A stretch of DNA of 64,000 nucleotides from Candidatus Gastranaerophilales bacterium (GCA_944325545.1 CALVAM010000011.1:2023-66022), one strand, 5' to 3'; positions 48,023 to 57,733 are shown, counted from the stretch's first letter. The notes: generated from the sequence alone by a model not told the origin. A program made the numbers and translations.

Positions 48023-48026
48023 TTGT

Positions 48027-48515
48027 ATGAAGAAAAAGATTGCAATTGTTTATTCCAAATATACTCCGACAATTGATGCTATTATTTATAATTTGAAAAA
48101 TGTCGAGATTTGTTGTTTTCAAAATGAAATTACAACTAACGACGATGTCGATTTGATTGTAGGAGTTGGAGTTGAAAAATATGAAGATAAAAATATTTTA
48201 ACTTCTCATTATTCACTTTTACCTTCTTTCCCTGATGAAGAGCCTGTAAAAAAAGCTGTTTTGGAAGGAGTTAAAGTTACAGGGATTACTTTTTATTATA
48301 CAAATCCTAAAAAAATTATTGCACAATACCCGATAATTATTTCTAATGGTGCTGATTTTCTTGAAATTGAAAATGAATTAAAATATATAGAACAAACTTT
48401 TTTCCCGATAATTATCGAAAAAGTTTTAAATAATGAAATCATTGACATGAAAAAGATTGGGAAGTCTTCTACTTGCTCTAGCTGTGGTGGAGGGTGTTCA
48501 AGTTGCAAAAACTAA
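48027..48515 (+). CDS. Degenerate PurN-like (formyltransferase fold) protein with Cys-rich tail
   Basis: HYSLLPSFP, GVKVTGIT, IIAQ recognisable; catalytic Asn and Asp loop absent; C-terminal CSSCGGGCSSC. Confidence 0.7.
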   Translation: MKKKIAIVYSKYTPTIDAIIYNLKNVEICCFQNEITTNDDVDLIVGVGVEKYEDKNILTSHYSLLPSFPDEEPVKKAVLEGVKVTGITFYYTNPKKIIAQYPIIISNGADFLEIENELKYIEQTFFPIIIEKVLNNEIIDMKKIGKSSTCSSCGGGCSSCKN

Positions 48516-49285
48516 ATGTCTTAATTGCAGGAGATGGTGTTTCTGCGGATTTGATTAAAGCTTCTAAATATCTTAATAAGTTATATATTACTTCTGACAT
48601 AAAAATTGATGGGTGTATAAATATTAAATTTAATACTTTTGTAGAACTTGCTAAAAAATGCAAAGCTTTGAAAATAGATGTAGTTTTTGTAGAAAATGAA
48701 AAATGGATTTTACAGGGAATTTCTGATGTTTTAAGAAATAATTTTATAAATTGTATAGCCTTAAATTCAAATTGGGCAAATGTTTTAATTGATTTTGGAA
48801 AATCAAAAAATTTATTACATAAATATAAAATACTTACTCCAAAAAATTTAGCATATCCAAATGAATTTCCTGTAATTGTTAAATCTAATAGATACGTTAA
48901 TATTGCTAATTCTGTAAGCGAAGTTATTAAATATAGAAATAAATTGGCATCTGTATCAGAAGAAATTGCAAGGGCTTCTTTTTTAGAAGAATTTGTGGAA
49001 GGGAATTATTGTAAAATTACATCTGTCTTTGATGGTAAAAATCTTGTTTCTATACCTGTTCAAGGGCTTTCAATTGAAAAATTATTAGAGTATAATCAAA
49101 ATTTACAAGAAATGTTAATCACAGAAAATGCTAATTTTATAGGTTTTTTTAATTCAAAAATTATTTATAATGATGAAATTGTAAACATTGGTTTTGATTT
49201 TGAATGGCAAAATTTTGATTATGATATATTATATTTGGCAACTTCAACAATATATCAAAAATTAAACGAAATTCAATTTATTTAA
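48503..49285 (+). CDS. Degenerate, truncated PurD-like (ATP-grasp) protein
   Basis: Similarity to the PurD N/B domains (IDVVFV..E, FPVIVK, FLEEFVEG, FDGK); lacks GGREHA, GPE and GLAAGKGV; TTG at 48503 fits the GGAGG spacing better than GTG at 48494. Confidence 0.65.
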   Translation: MQKLNVLIAGDGVSADLIKASKYLNKLYITSDIKIDGCINIKFNTFVELAKKCKALKIDVVFVENEKWILQGISDVLRNNFINCIALNSNWANVLIDFGKSKNLLHKYKILTPKNLAYPNEFPVIVKSNRYVNIANSVSEVIKYRNKLASVSEEIARASFLEEFVEGNYCKITSVFDGKNLVSIPVQGLSIEKLLEYNQNLQEMLITENANFIGFFNSKIIYNDEIVNIGFDFEWQNFDYDILYLATSTIYQKLNEIQFI

Positions 49286-49287
49286 GT

Positions 49288-50622
49288 TTAAATATCCTTA
49301 TCATCAAAAAGTTTGTTGAAAAAGTTTTTAATTTTTTGTCTTAAACTTCTTTTGGGTTTTATTTCTTCCGTTTGTTTAGGTTGAACATTTTGAGCGTTGT
49401 ATTTGTTATTAAATTTTTTTCCCCATTTACTGGTTTTTCTTTTTATTTTTTGATTTCTTTTTGAGTCTTCCAGAGCTTTCTTTTTTTCTGCAAAAATTCT
49501 ATCTTTTTTAGAAACTTTATTAGTTTTTATTTTTATTGGAACTTCTTCTTTTTTTGTAAAATCAAACCAATTAAAATTAGATTTTTGGTTTAAATCTATT
49601 TTAGCTACATTATCTAAATTCAAAGTATGGTTTTCACTTGTATTTAGAAACGCTTTTTTATCTATATTTAAGTTTTTTCTTGTCTTTAGATTAAAAAATA
49701 AAGCTACTATGTTTTGTTTTATTTTATGAACAAATTTGTTAGTTTTTTTCTCACTCGTATCTTGAATATTAATATCTTTAATTTTAGTTTTTTTAGAATT
49801 ATAAGTATAATCTTTTAAATAACTTTCAGGAGCTTTATCTAAATTCAAAGTATTGTTTTCACTTGTATTTAAAAACGCTTTTTTATCAACATTTAAACTT
49901 TTTCTTGTTCTTAAGTTGAATAAAAGAATTTCAATATTAAGCTTTAACTTATCTAAAAAGTTTAATTTTTCATTAGTTTCTATAGCAGCTTCTTTTATTG
50001 GCGAATCTTTTTTAGTCGTTTCTTTTTTTGTAATTTTTTCTGTTTTTTTAGAAATTTGTTCTATATATCCTCTTTCTTCTTTAGAATTAAAAGGAATTAA
50101 TTTATAATTAAAAGTTTGAATATTGTCTTGTTTGTTTGTAGAAAATATTATATTATTAGTTGTTTTTGTATTGTTTTTTGGAACTGTTTCATTTGAAGTT
50201 GTTTTGAAATTTTCGTTTTTGTAAAAACCTTGAGTTTCTGTTTTTCTTTTATTAGTTTTTTTTAAATTTTCAGCAGCTTCTTTTGTTTTATCTTGGAGTT
50301 TTTTATTAATTTCTTCAAGTTTAGTTTTTAATTCTTGTTGATTTTTTTCTGAAAGATTTAGTTTTTCAAGAGCTTTTTTTAAACTTTCATTTAATCCTTT
50401 ATTTTTGTGAATAGCAACTCCGGCAACAGTTGCAGAACCTAAAAAACCTAAAGTAAGTAATATATCTTTAGTGTTAAAACTTGATTTTTTTGTTGGAATT
50501 GTTTTTATAAAATCATCATTTATAAAAGATTCATTTTGACTAAGAGTAGGATTTTCAATCTTTTCTTCTGACTTAAAGTTTATAAATTTATTAGGAATAT
50601 TAAAATTATTAGAAATTTTCAT
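49288..50622 (-). CDS. Lys/Asn-rich hypothetical protein with one TM segment and an internal repeat
   Basis: LLTLGFLGSATVAGVAI; about 80-nt near-duplicates at 49610 and 49835 (225-nt spacing). Confidence 0.7.
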   Translation of the reverse strand: MKISNNFNIPNKFINFKSEEKIENPTLSQNESFINDDFIKTIPTKKSSFNTKDILLTLGFLGSATVAGVAIHKNKGLNESLKKALEKLNLSEKNQQELKTKLEEINKKLQDKTKEAAENLKKTNKRKTETQGFYKNENFKTTSNETVPKNNTKTTNNIIFSTNKQDNIQTFNYKLIPFNSKEERGYIEQISKKTEKITKKETTKKDSPIKEAAIETNEKLNFLDKLKLNIEILLFNLRTRKSLNVDKKAFLNTSENNTLNLDKAPESYLKDYTYNSKKTKIKDINIQDTSEKKTNKFVHKIKQNIVALFFNLKTRKNLNIDKKAFLNTSENHTLNLDNVAKIDLNQKSNFNWFDFTKKEEVPIKIKTNKVSKKDRIFAEKKKALEDSKRNQKIKRKTSKWGKKFNNKYNAQNVQPKQTEEIKPKRSLRQKIKNFFNKLFDDKDI

Positions 50623-50655
50623 ACTAAACCTTTCAAGAAATAATACATAATAATT

Positions 50656-50692
50656 AAAGCACCTGAAAAAATAAATTGCTATCAGGTGCTTT
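50656..50692. terminator. Probable intrinsic terminator after the M49-like gene
   Basis: AAAGCACCTGA/TCAGGTGCTTT stem with a 15-nt loop. Confidence 0.6.
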
Positions 50693-50712
50693 TTTATTAA
50701 GTTTTTGTTACA

Positions 50713-52605
50713 TTATTCATTTAAAAGCTTATCTGCTAAAGGTGATTCGACTTTTCCATTTAGAGTTTTGGATACTTTTTTAATGTTTTCTGACATTGTT
50801 TGCATTTCAGGAGTCCATACAAAATTATCCATCACATATTTTTCCCCTTTAGAAAAATCTCCTTTCATTTGTACTTGGATAATTTCTTCAAGCATTTTCT
50901 TTGCAGTTGGTATCATTTTTTCTATATTAACGTTTAAGATACCGTCTTTAGAAATTTCCATTGCACCTTCTTTTATAAAATAGTAATTTTGCATAACTGA
51001 ACGAACTCTATGAGCTTGGCTTAGAGTTGGTTTAGAAGTCATCATATTATCTGCTGCATATGTTACTATTATTTGATTTCTTTGCTCAGGTGTATACATT
51101 CCTGCCTCTGTTAATACATCAAGCATTGCAAGAGAAACCATATCAGCTTTATTTTCTTCAATAATTGATTTATATTTACCCAAACCTTCTGTACCTGATT
51201 TTGGTCCAAGAGAATGTCCGTTTTCATGTCCTACTGTGAACCAGTGATCTGCTTCGTCGTTATAATATTTATGTAGTTCAGGGTTTAGAGTTGCATCTAA
51301 ACGTTTCTTCATTTTTTCTCTAGCATCATCCGATGTAATTAATCTTATTTGTCTATGATAAACGTTTCTTCTTCCGCCATCTAATTCTATTATTGATAAT
51401 TTATCATCATTAGGTAAATTTTCTGCAAGAGTTATCCCTGCTCTAAATTCTCCAACATCACCGTTTACTGCAACTAAATCTACATCAACCATTGTTTGTT
51501 TAGATTCTTTATCCGGTGAAATGTTTTGGATATAACTATCTTTGAAAGGCATATTTTGTGCCATTAGCGGTAAATAATTTTTAACGCCTAAAATAGCTTC
51601 TGTACCTTTTTTATTAACTATTCCGACACGACCGCCTAAAAAGTCTTTAGCAACAGGAGTGATTCCATTTTCATCAAGTAATTTTTTTAATTCAGGATTT
51701 TCAACTACAGTTTCTGTTAATTCATCTGAATAATTTTCTCTTGTTATTGTAAATTCTAACGGAGTATCTTGTAGGGTTGCCCATTTTTTATCCGCATAAG
51801 CATCTAACATTGGGTCTGCTGTTCTTAAAGCTTTTGCCTGCAGTTTTAAGAATTCGTTAAAATCTTCATTTGTTGATGTTTCTGCGGCCTTTTCAAGTTC
51901 TGATGACATATAAGCAAAATCATCTTTAAATTTATCTACATAATCTGTAGCTACAAGTTCATTTCCAACTCTTTCTACAACAGAGCGTTGATTTAGAATT
52001 TTAGCAACTTCATCTACTTTACCTTCTTTTAACATTTTAATTAATATATTGTGAAATTCTTCTTTTTCTAAGTCTTGAGGATAAACACCTTTTCCGGGTC
52101 TTTCTTTGACACCTTTAGCCAGTTCTATCATATTGCTTTCTCTATCAAGTGAACAAACTCCTTTTTGAGCATCAAAAAGAATCTTTGTTAATTTTGCTTG
52201 CTCGTTACCTTTTGCAATTTCTTTTTCCAAATATTCTTGAAAAGGTAAGTTATTAGGGTTATCAAGCTGCATATTAACTTTATCCAAAACCTTTGCAGCC
52301 TTTACTAAATGTTTTAAAGCTTCTTTATCTCCATCTGCTAATTCTAAATATTCAGGTGCGTCAACTGCTAGCATTTTTTTTGTTGTTAGATAGTCTTTGT
52401 GAGTTCTTTTTTCTAACTCTTCCATAGAAAGATTTAATTCGTAATCTTTTTTATTAATATTTACATTATTAATCATACTCATTCTATTAAGCTCCTCTAC
52501 TAATTTTTGTGAATCATCTTTTTTTATATTTTTATTATCATCTTTGGAAATATAATTTTTCCCAAAAAGATTAATATTATTTTTATTTAAACGATTTATT
52601 TCCAT
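50713..52605 (-). CDS. Peptidase M49-like (dipeptidyl peptidase III-like) zinc metallopeptidase with a low-complexity N-terminus
   Basis: GHENGHSLG (HExxH), downstream IEENKAD third-ligand motif, AENLPND, GKGVYP. Confidence 0.85.
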   Translation of the reverse strand: MEINRLNKNNINLFGKNYISKDDNKNIKKDDSQKLVEELNRMSMINNVNINKKDYELNLSMEELEKRTHKDYLTTKKMLAVDAPEYLELADGDKEALKHLVKAAKVLDKVNMQLDNPNNLPFQEYLEKEIAKGNEQAKLTKILFDAQKGVCSLDRESNMIELAKGVKERPGKGVYPQDLEKEEFHNILIKMLKEGKVDEVAKILNQRSVVERVGNELVATDYVDKFKDDFAYMSSELEKAAETSTNEDFNEFLKLQAKALRTADPMLDAYADKKWATLQDTPLEFTITRENYSDELTETVVENPELKKLLDENGITPVAKDFLGGRVGIVNKKGTEAILGVKNYLPLMAQNMPFKDSYIQNISPDKESKQTMVDVDLVAVNGDVGEFRAGITLAENLPNDDKLSIIELDGGRRNVYHRQIRLITSDDAREKMKKRLDATLNPELHKYYNDEADHWFTVGHENGHSLGPKSGTEGLGKYKSIIEENKADMVSLAMLDVLTEAGMYTPEQRNQIIVTYAADNMMTSKPTLSQAHRVRSVMQNYYFIKEGAMEISKDGILNVNIEKMIPTAKKMLEEIIQVQMKGDFSKGEKYVMDNFVWTPEMQTMSENIKKVSKTLNGKVESPLADKLLNE

Positions 52606-52667
52606 AAGGATTCCTTCTGTAAATTATTGATTGATTTAATTTATTAATTTTATGTTTATTTTCATTT

Positions 52668-53498
52668 TTAACCTAACATTGCGACATTTGTTTTACCAAA
52701 TTTTGCCGACAAATCATCAATATGATGAATTAAATAAACATAAGGCTCCAAATCCTTTTCGTTTAAATCAATAATAGCTCCCCATTCCGCACGGGCATGA
52801 TGAGCTGCAATCATTTTTGCAACTCGTTTAAATCCTGCTAGCATACATATTGAAAATCCGTACTGAGAATGAGAAACCCATTCTTTTCTAAAGTTTTCAT
52901 CGTAATCTATTAAACCTGATTCAGTATCAATTGTATATTCAAATATTTTCCCGATATCATGTAACAAGCAAGCTGCAAATACTTCATCTTTATTAACTCT
53001 TTGGAAAAAGTTTTGAAGATTACTTTCTGCATATTTTACACATTCTAAAGTATGTACAAGTAAGCCTCCGATATAATTATGATGCATTAATTTTGCAGCA
53101 GGGGAAATTAAGATTTTTTCTCGATTTTTTTCATAAATATCTAAAACAAAGTTTTTTAAATCATTATTTTCAATTTTATTAATGTAAGAAATTAATTCAT
53201 TATAAGAGTTTTCCTGTTCTTGCTTATCTAAACCTGTTTTAGCTTCTTTTATTAGTTCTAAAGAAGAAACTAAACAATTATTATATTTTTCGTTAAAAGA
53301 ACCTGATACAATTTTTAATTCATTTCCTGAGCGGAATAATTTTGAATCGATTCTATTTAAAGCTTCTTCCCAAAGAATGCAATTCAAAAATTCTCCGGTT
53401 TTAGGGTCTTTTAATTGCAATTTCCCCATTTTTGTTCCGGATTTTGTATCGCCGATTGAGAACGTCACTACTTCGTAGATAATATCAGTACTAAACAT
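52668..53498 (-). CDS. OB-fold plus HD-domain protein (YhaM-like 3'-5' exonuclease)
   Basis: N-terminal OB-like domain; SPAAK.MHHNYIGGLLVHT, LLHDIGK, AHH, HHIDDLSAK. Confidence 0.88.
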   Translation of the reverse strand: MFSTDIIYEVVTFSIGDTKSGTKMGKLQLKDPKTGEFLNCILWEEALNRIDSKLFRSGNELKIVSGSFNEKYNNCLVSSLELIKEAKTGLDKQEQENSYNELISYINKIENNDLKNFVLDIYEKNREKILISPAAKLMHHNYIGGLLVHTLECVKYAESNLQNFFQRVNKDEVFAACLLHDIGKIFEYTIDTESGLIDYDENFRKEWVSHSQYGFSICMLAGFKRVAKMIAAHHARAEWGAIIDLNEKDLEPYVYLIHHIDDLSAKFGKTNVAMLG

Positions 53499-53613
53499 TA
53501 AGATTTCTCCTATAATTTGCCTAAATTATAGCATAAAACTCCACTAAATAGCAAAAAAGATGAATTGAACGCTTACAATTCACCTCTTACTTAAAATAAG
53601 AAAATATTAAATC

Positions 53614-53937
53614 TTATTTTTTAAATTTTTTCTGTTCTTCATTATATTTGTCTACAGATTTTCCAACAGCTCCGCCAAGAGAACCAAATATCGCACCATA
53701 AGCTAAATATGCTGCAGGAGCTGCTATGCCGCCACTTAAAAAAGTAATCGCAGCTAAAGCTCCAACTCCGACTACAGCACCAATCCCAGCACCTTTAACA
53801 GCCCCTTTGCCTTTAAAAGAAACTGTATCTGTTGCGAGAGTTTCATTAGAGTTTGTTGGAATTTCGTTTCTAAATTTCTTGTTAATTTTTCTAGGCGAAC
53901 AGGTAAGCCCATAACTTTGGATAGCATTGATTTTCAT
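53614..53937 (-). CDS. Small glycine-zipper membrane hypothetical protein
   Basis: GAVKGAGIGAVVGVGA...GAIFGSLGGAVG; ATG at 53937 has a GAGGGT RBS, and the promoter position excludes the 53964 start. Confidence 0.78.
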   Translation of the reverse strand: MKINAIQSYGLTCSPRKINKKFRNEIPTNSNETLATDTVSFKGKGAVKGAGIGAVVGVGALAAITFLSGGIAAPAAYLAYGAIFGSLGGAVGKSVDKYNEEQKKFKK

Positions 53938-53970
53938 AATATAAACCCTCATGGTTAAACACACTCGGCA

Positions 53971-53999
53971 AGTATACTCTAAAGTATGTAAAATGTCAA
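53971..53999 (-). promoter_or_regulatory. Near-consensus sigma-70 promoter
   Basis: Minus strand TTGACA-N17-TATACT. Confidence 0.8.
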
Positions 54000-54087
54000 T
54001 ACTTTTGTAGTAAAAATTTACATTATTAATTAAATTGCCATATTGGGGAATATATTATTTTGTGATTAATTTTATTATGTATTTGCT

Positions 54088-55665
54088 ATGACAAATAATT
54101 TTAATGAAGATTACCAATATGATAGTTGTACCGCTAACGGAAGATGTTCTGTTAATCCAAGAATATCTTCGCTTCAAGAGGTTTTGATTTTATATTTAAA
54201 GCTTCTTGCTCACTATGCTCTGAAATTATATGAAAATAATAAAAAAGAGGATATTGCTAAAAATATTATTCTTAATATTATATCTGTAATGGTTTTAAAT
54301 TCTGATTTTTCAGAAAAAGATTTTGAAAAAATAATTTTGAGATTAAATAATGAATTACCTAGAATTAAAGAAGAATATGCTTCTTTATGTGAACAAAATG
54401 ATTTGGTGCCGGATTACTTAAAATCGGTTTTAAAATTTGATAATAAAGCAGATATAATTAAATCTATTCAACTTGGGGAAAAAGAATTATTAAAAAAAAT
54501 AGAATCAATTTCTCAAGAAATTAGAAATTTATATACAATCTTGTTAGTTTTAGCCAAAAGTATTTGCATAAATCTTTTGGATTTAGAAAGTTTTTCTGTA
54601 AATAATGAAGAAGCTTATATTTATATCTTGAGATTGTTAGACAGTTTAAATGTCAATAAATATAAATTGGAAGAAATAAAAACATTGATAAAAGATGCTG
54701 TAAGATTTGATAACACTTTAATGGAAGAACTTAGAAATGTTCAAGAAAAAAGGTATGGAACGCAAAGAGAAACTATTGTATCTTTTTCAACAACTCCTTC
54801 AAAAGCTTTATTGGTTGTAGGTTCTAATATAAAAGAATTAGAGGATGTATTGGACGCTTTAAAGGAAACTGAAATTGATGTTTATACACACGATGAAATG
54901 ATGCTCGCTCATACTTTTCCTAAGTTCAGTGAATATAAGCATTTGAAAGGACAATACGGACAAGGAATGGATAATTGTTATTTAGATTTTGCAACTTTCC
55001 CGGGACCAATTTTATTAACAAAGCATTCTTTGTATAATGTAGAAAATTTGTATAGAGGTAGGCTTTATACGACTGATATTGCGTATTCAAAAGGTGTAAT
55101 CTCTATTGAGAATAAAGATTTTTCTCCAATAATTAATTCTGCTCTGGAAGCAAAAGGTTTTAAAACAGGGAAAAAAATCGAGTCAGTTGACGTCGGATAT
55201 AACTTTGATAAAACTTTTGAAAAGGTAAAAAATAAGTTTTTGAAAGGAAATTATTCAAGAATTTTTCTTATAGGCTTAAATGCTTATACTTTAGAGCAAA
55301 AATCGTATTTTGAAAATTTAATTAAGAAAACTCCTAAAGATGTTTTAATTGTTTCACTTTCGTATTGTGAGGATACTGATAATATTATTTGTATAAATGC
55401 TTGTTTTGATACTTTTGCGATAAGTAAATTTGGCGAAAAAATAATTAAAGAATTTGATATTCCGATTACGATCTTTTTCCCAAGGTGTGAAAGACATAGT
55501 ATTTCTCAGATGTTGTATTTATCAGAATTTGATAATGTTAAAATTTATGTTGGAAGATGTGCTCCAATATTATTAAATCCAACATTGATAGAAACTTTGG
55601 GTAAGTTTTTTAATATAAAAAGTCTTTCCAGTGTAAAAAAAGATTTAGAAAGTATTTTTGAATAA
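54088..55665 (+). CDS. Hybrid-cluster protein (Hcp/prismane)-like protein lacking several cluster ligands
   Basis: CT..G.C, IDVYTH.EM, HLKGQYG, FPGPILLT, RLYTT recognisable; N-terminal CxxC, the GH His, TxNC and GCD Cys are absent. Confidence 0.75.
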   Translation: MTNNFNEDYQYDSCTANGRCSVNPRISSLQEVLILYLKLLAHYALKLYENNKKEDIAKNIILNIISVMVLNSDFSEKDFEKIILRLNNELPRIKEEYASLCEQNDLVPDYLKSVLKFDNKADIIKSIQLGEKELLKKIESISQEIRNLYTILLVLAKSICINLLDLESFSVNNEEAYIYILRLLDSLNVNKYKLEEIKTLIKDAVRFDNTLMEELRNVQEKRYGTQRETIVSFSTTPSKALLVVGSNIKELEDVLDALKETEIDVYTHDEMMLAHTFPKFSEYKHLKGQYGQGMDNCYLDFATFPGPILLTKHSLYNVENLYRGRLYTTDIAYSKGVISIENKDFSPIINSALEAKGFKTGKKIESVDVGYNFDKTFEKVKNKFLKGNYSRIFLIGLNAYTLEQKSYFENLIKKTPKDVLIVSLSYCEDTDNIICINACFDTFAISKFGEKIIKEFDIPITIFFPRCERHSISQMLYLSEFDNVKIYVGRCAPILLNPTLIETLGKFFNIKSLSSVKKDLESIFE

Positions 55666-55757
55666 CTCATTGTTCTAATCTTAAATTTAAGGTATATTAA
55701 ATTATGGAATTTATTTATAATTTCAATTTATTTGTCTTAAATTAGAAGAGGTCTAAA

Positions 55758-56906
55758 ATGCAAAACAAACCTGTTGTTATAGTTCTTGATAAAAATGAGA
55801 ATTCAAGAAAAGTTTTGATGTCATTTTTACAAGATTTTGATTTGATAGAAAATATAGAAGTGTATGAAGATTATGATAGAGGTTTTGAAAATATAAAAAA
55901 ACAAAATGGTGAAGCTATTGTAATTGTTGATATAACAGATATTGATTCAGATGAATTTATTGAAAAGGTACGTTTACATGCTTCTAAATTGATAATAACT
56001 TCGACTGATTATTCAACAAATACGATTGTAAAAGCATTAAGAATGGGTGCGAAAGAATTTTTACCTAAGCCTATTATAAAAAATGATTTATTGAGAACAA
56101 TTTCTTCTTTAATTAATAATGATTATTCAGAGGTTTATTCTCAATCTAAGATAATTACTGTATATTCTAATAAGGGCGGCATAGGAAAGACAACACTTGC
56201 AATAAATCTAGCTAAAGAATTAGAAAAAGTGACTAAATGTAAGGTTGCATTAATTGATTTAAATCTTCAGTTGGGAGATGTTTCTACTTTTTTAAATTTA
56301 AATCCTACATTTGATGTTAGTTATGTAATCAAAAATTTTATAAATAAAGATGAAGAGATTTTTTTGAAAGCTTTTGAGCGATATAAGGATAGTTTATTAT
56401 ATATTTTATCTGATCCTACATATATAGAACAGGCTGAAAGTATTTCTCCGCAGGATATTACAAAATTGTTTAATGAATTAAAAAAAGTTTTTTCATATAT
56501 AGTAGTTGATATGTCTTCTAATATTGATGAAAATTCTTTAAAAATTCTTGATTTATCAGATTTAGTTTTATTTACAACTATCGTAAATGTTCCGGCAATT
56601 AGAAATGCACAGAGATGTTTAACTTTATTTAATTCAAGAAGATATCCTAAAGATAAGGTAAAAATTATTGTTAATAGATATATAGAAAGTGATGATATAA
56701 AAATAGAGGATATAGAAAATACGCTAGGAGAAAAAATTTATTGGAGAATTCCTAACAATTACTTCACAATTATGGAAGCTATCAATAAAGGTATTTGTGT
56801 TTCAGAAATTAATTCAAATTCTAATATTGCAAATAATTTCCGCGATTTAGCCGCAAAAATTTCTGATGATATAATAGAAAAGACCGTAATGCAATATAGA
56901 GTTTAA
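55758..56906 (+). CDS. CpaE/TadZ-like protein (receiver-like domain plus MinD/ParA ATPase)
   Basis: KALRMGAKEFLPKP, SNKGGIGKTT, IDLNLQLGDV, IIVNRY, RIPNNY. Confidence 0.88.
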   Translation: MQNKPVVIVLDKNENSRKVLMSFLQDFDLIENIEVYEDYDRGFENIKKQNGEAIVIVDITDIDSDEFIEKVRLHASKLIITSTDYSTNTIVKALRMGAKEFLPKPIIKNDLLRTISSLINNDYSEVYSQSKIITVYSNKGGIGKTTLAINLAKELEKVTKCKVALIDLNLQLGDVSTFLNLNPTFDVSYVIKNFINKDEEIFLKAFERYKDSLLYILSDPTYIEQAESISPQDITKLFNELKKVFSYIVVDMSSNIDENSLKILDLSDLVLFTTIVNVPAIRNAQRCLTLFNSRRYPKDKVKIIVNRYIESDDIKIEDIENTLGEKIYWRIPNNYFTIMEAINKGICVSEINSNSNIANNFRDLAAKISDDIIEKTVMQYRV

Positions 56907-56919
56907 AAGAGGATAATAG

Positions 56920-57717
56920 ATGTTAACTTATATAAAAGAAAGTTTTAAATTAACTAATAAATTTATTATATTGGCAACTCCATTAATATTGTTTTCTTTG
57001 TTGTCCAGTTTATATATTATATTTTCGATGAATGGGAATTTGTTAGGTTTAATTTTTGCTTTAATATTGTTTTTGATGATGGTTGGGGCTTTTTTATCAG
57101 GTTGGTTTTTTATGATAAAGCAAGCTATTGTATCATCTGAAGAATATGAAGATCCAAACTCTTTAATAAAAGAATTTCCTGCAGGCGTAGGGGAGTATTT
57201 TTTAAATTCTTTAGGAATGATAATAAATGTTTTTATTGTTGTTGTATTCTTTTTGGGCGTATCTTATTTTATAGGGATGAAATTTATTGGGCAAATTGGA
57301 ATTTCTGCAGTAGAATTTTCTAAGGCAGTTACCTCACCTGAAACTTTGAGAACTTTCTTGCTATCGTTGACTGATGAACAATTGTTTAGGTTAAATGCTT
57401 GGAATTTATTACTGTTGGTTAGTATGGTAGTTACATATTTTGTGATTTTTTTGTACCCGCCAACGATGTTTTTTAAGGAAAAAAATCCGTTTAAAGCTTT
57501 GTTTGGGACTTTTAAGGATTTATTTAGTAGAAATATTCTGAAAAATATTTTGTTATATTTGATATTGTTTGTTGCTTATTTCTTTATTTCGATAGTTACA
57601 ACTATTTTGGGTGGTAATATTTTTGCTCATTTTATATTAACATTGATAAATTTTTACTACATGATTTTTGCAGCTGTTTTAATATTTTATTATTATCATA
57701 AGAATTATATGAATTAA
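56920..57717 (+). CDS. Multi-pass membrane hypothetical protein
   Basis: About six hydrophobic segments; GAGG RBS; probably co-transcribed with the CpaE-like gene. Confidence 0.8.
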   Translation: MLTYIKESFKLTNKFIILATPLILFSLLSSLYIIFSMNGNLLGLIFALILFLMMVGAFLSGWFFMIKQAIVSSEEYEDPNSLIKEFPAGVGEYFLNSLGMIINVFIVVVFFLGVSYFIGMKFIGQIGISAVEFSKAVTSPETLRTFLLSLTDEQLFRLNAWNLLLLVSMVVTYFVIFLYPPTMFFKEKNPFKALFGTFKDLFSRNILKNILLYLILFVAYFFISIVTTILGGNIFAHFILTLINFYYMIFAAVLIFYYYHKNYMN

Positions 57718-57733
57718 TATGAATTAATAAATC

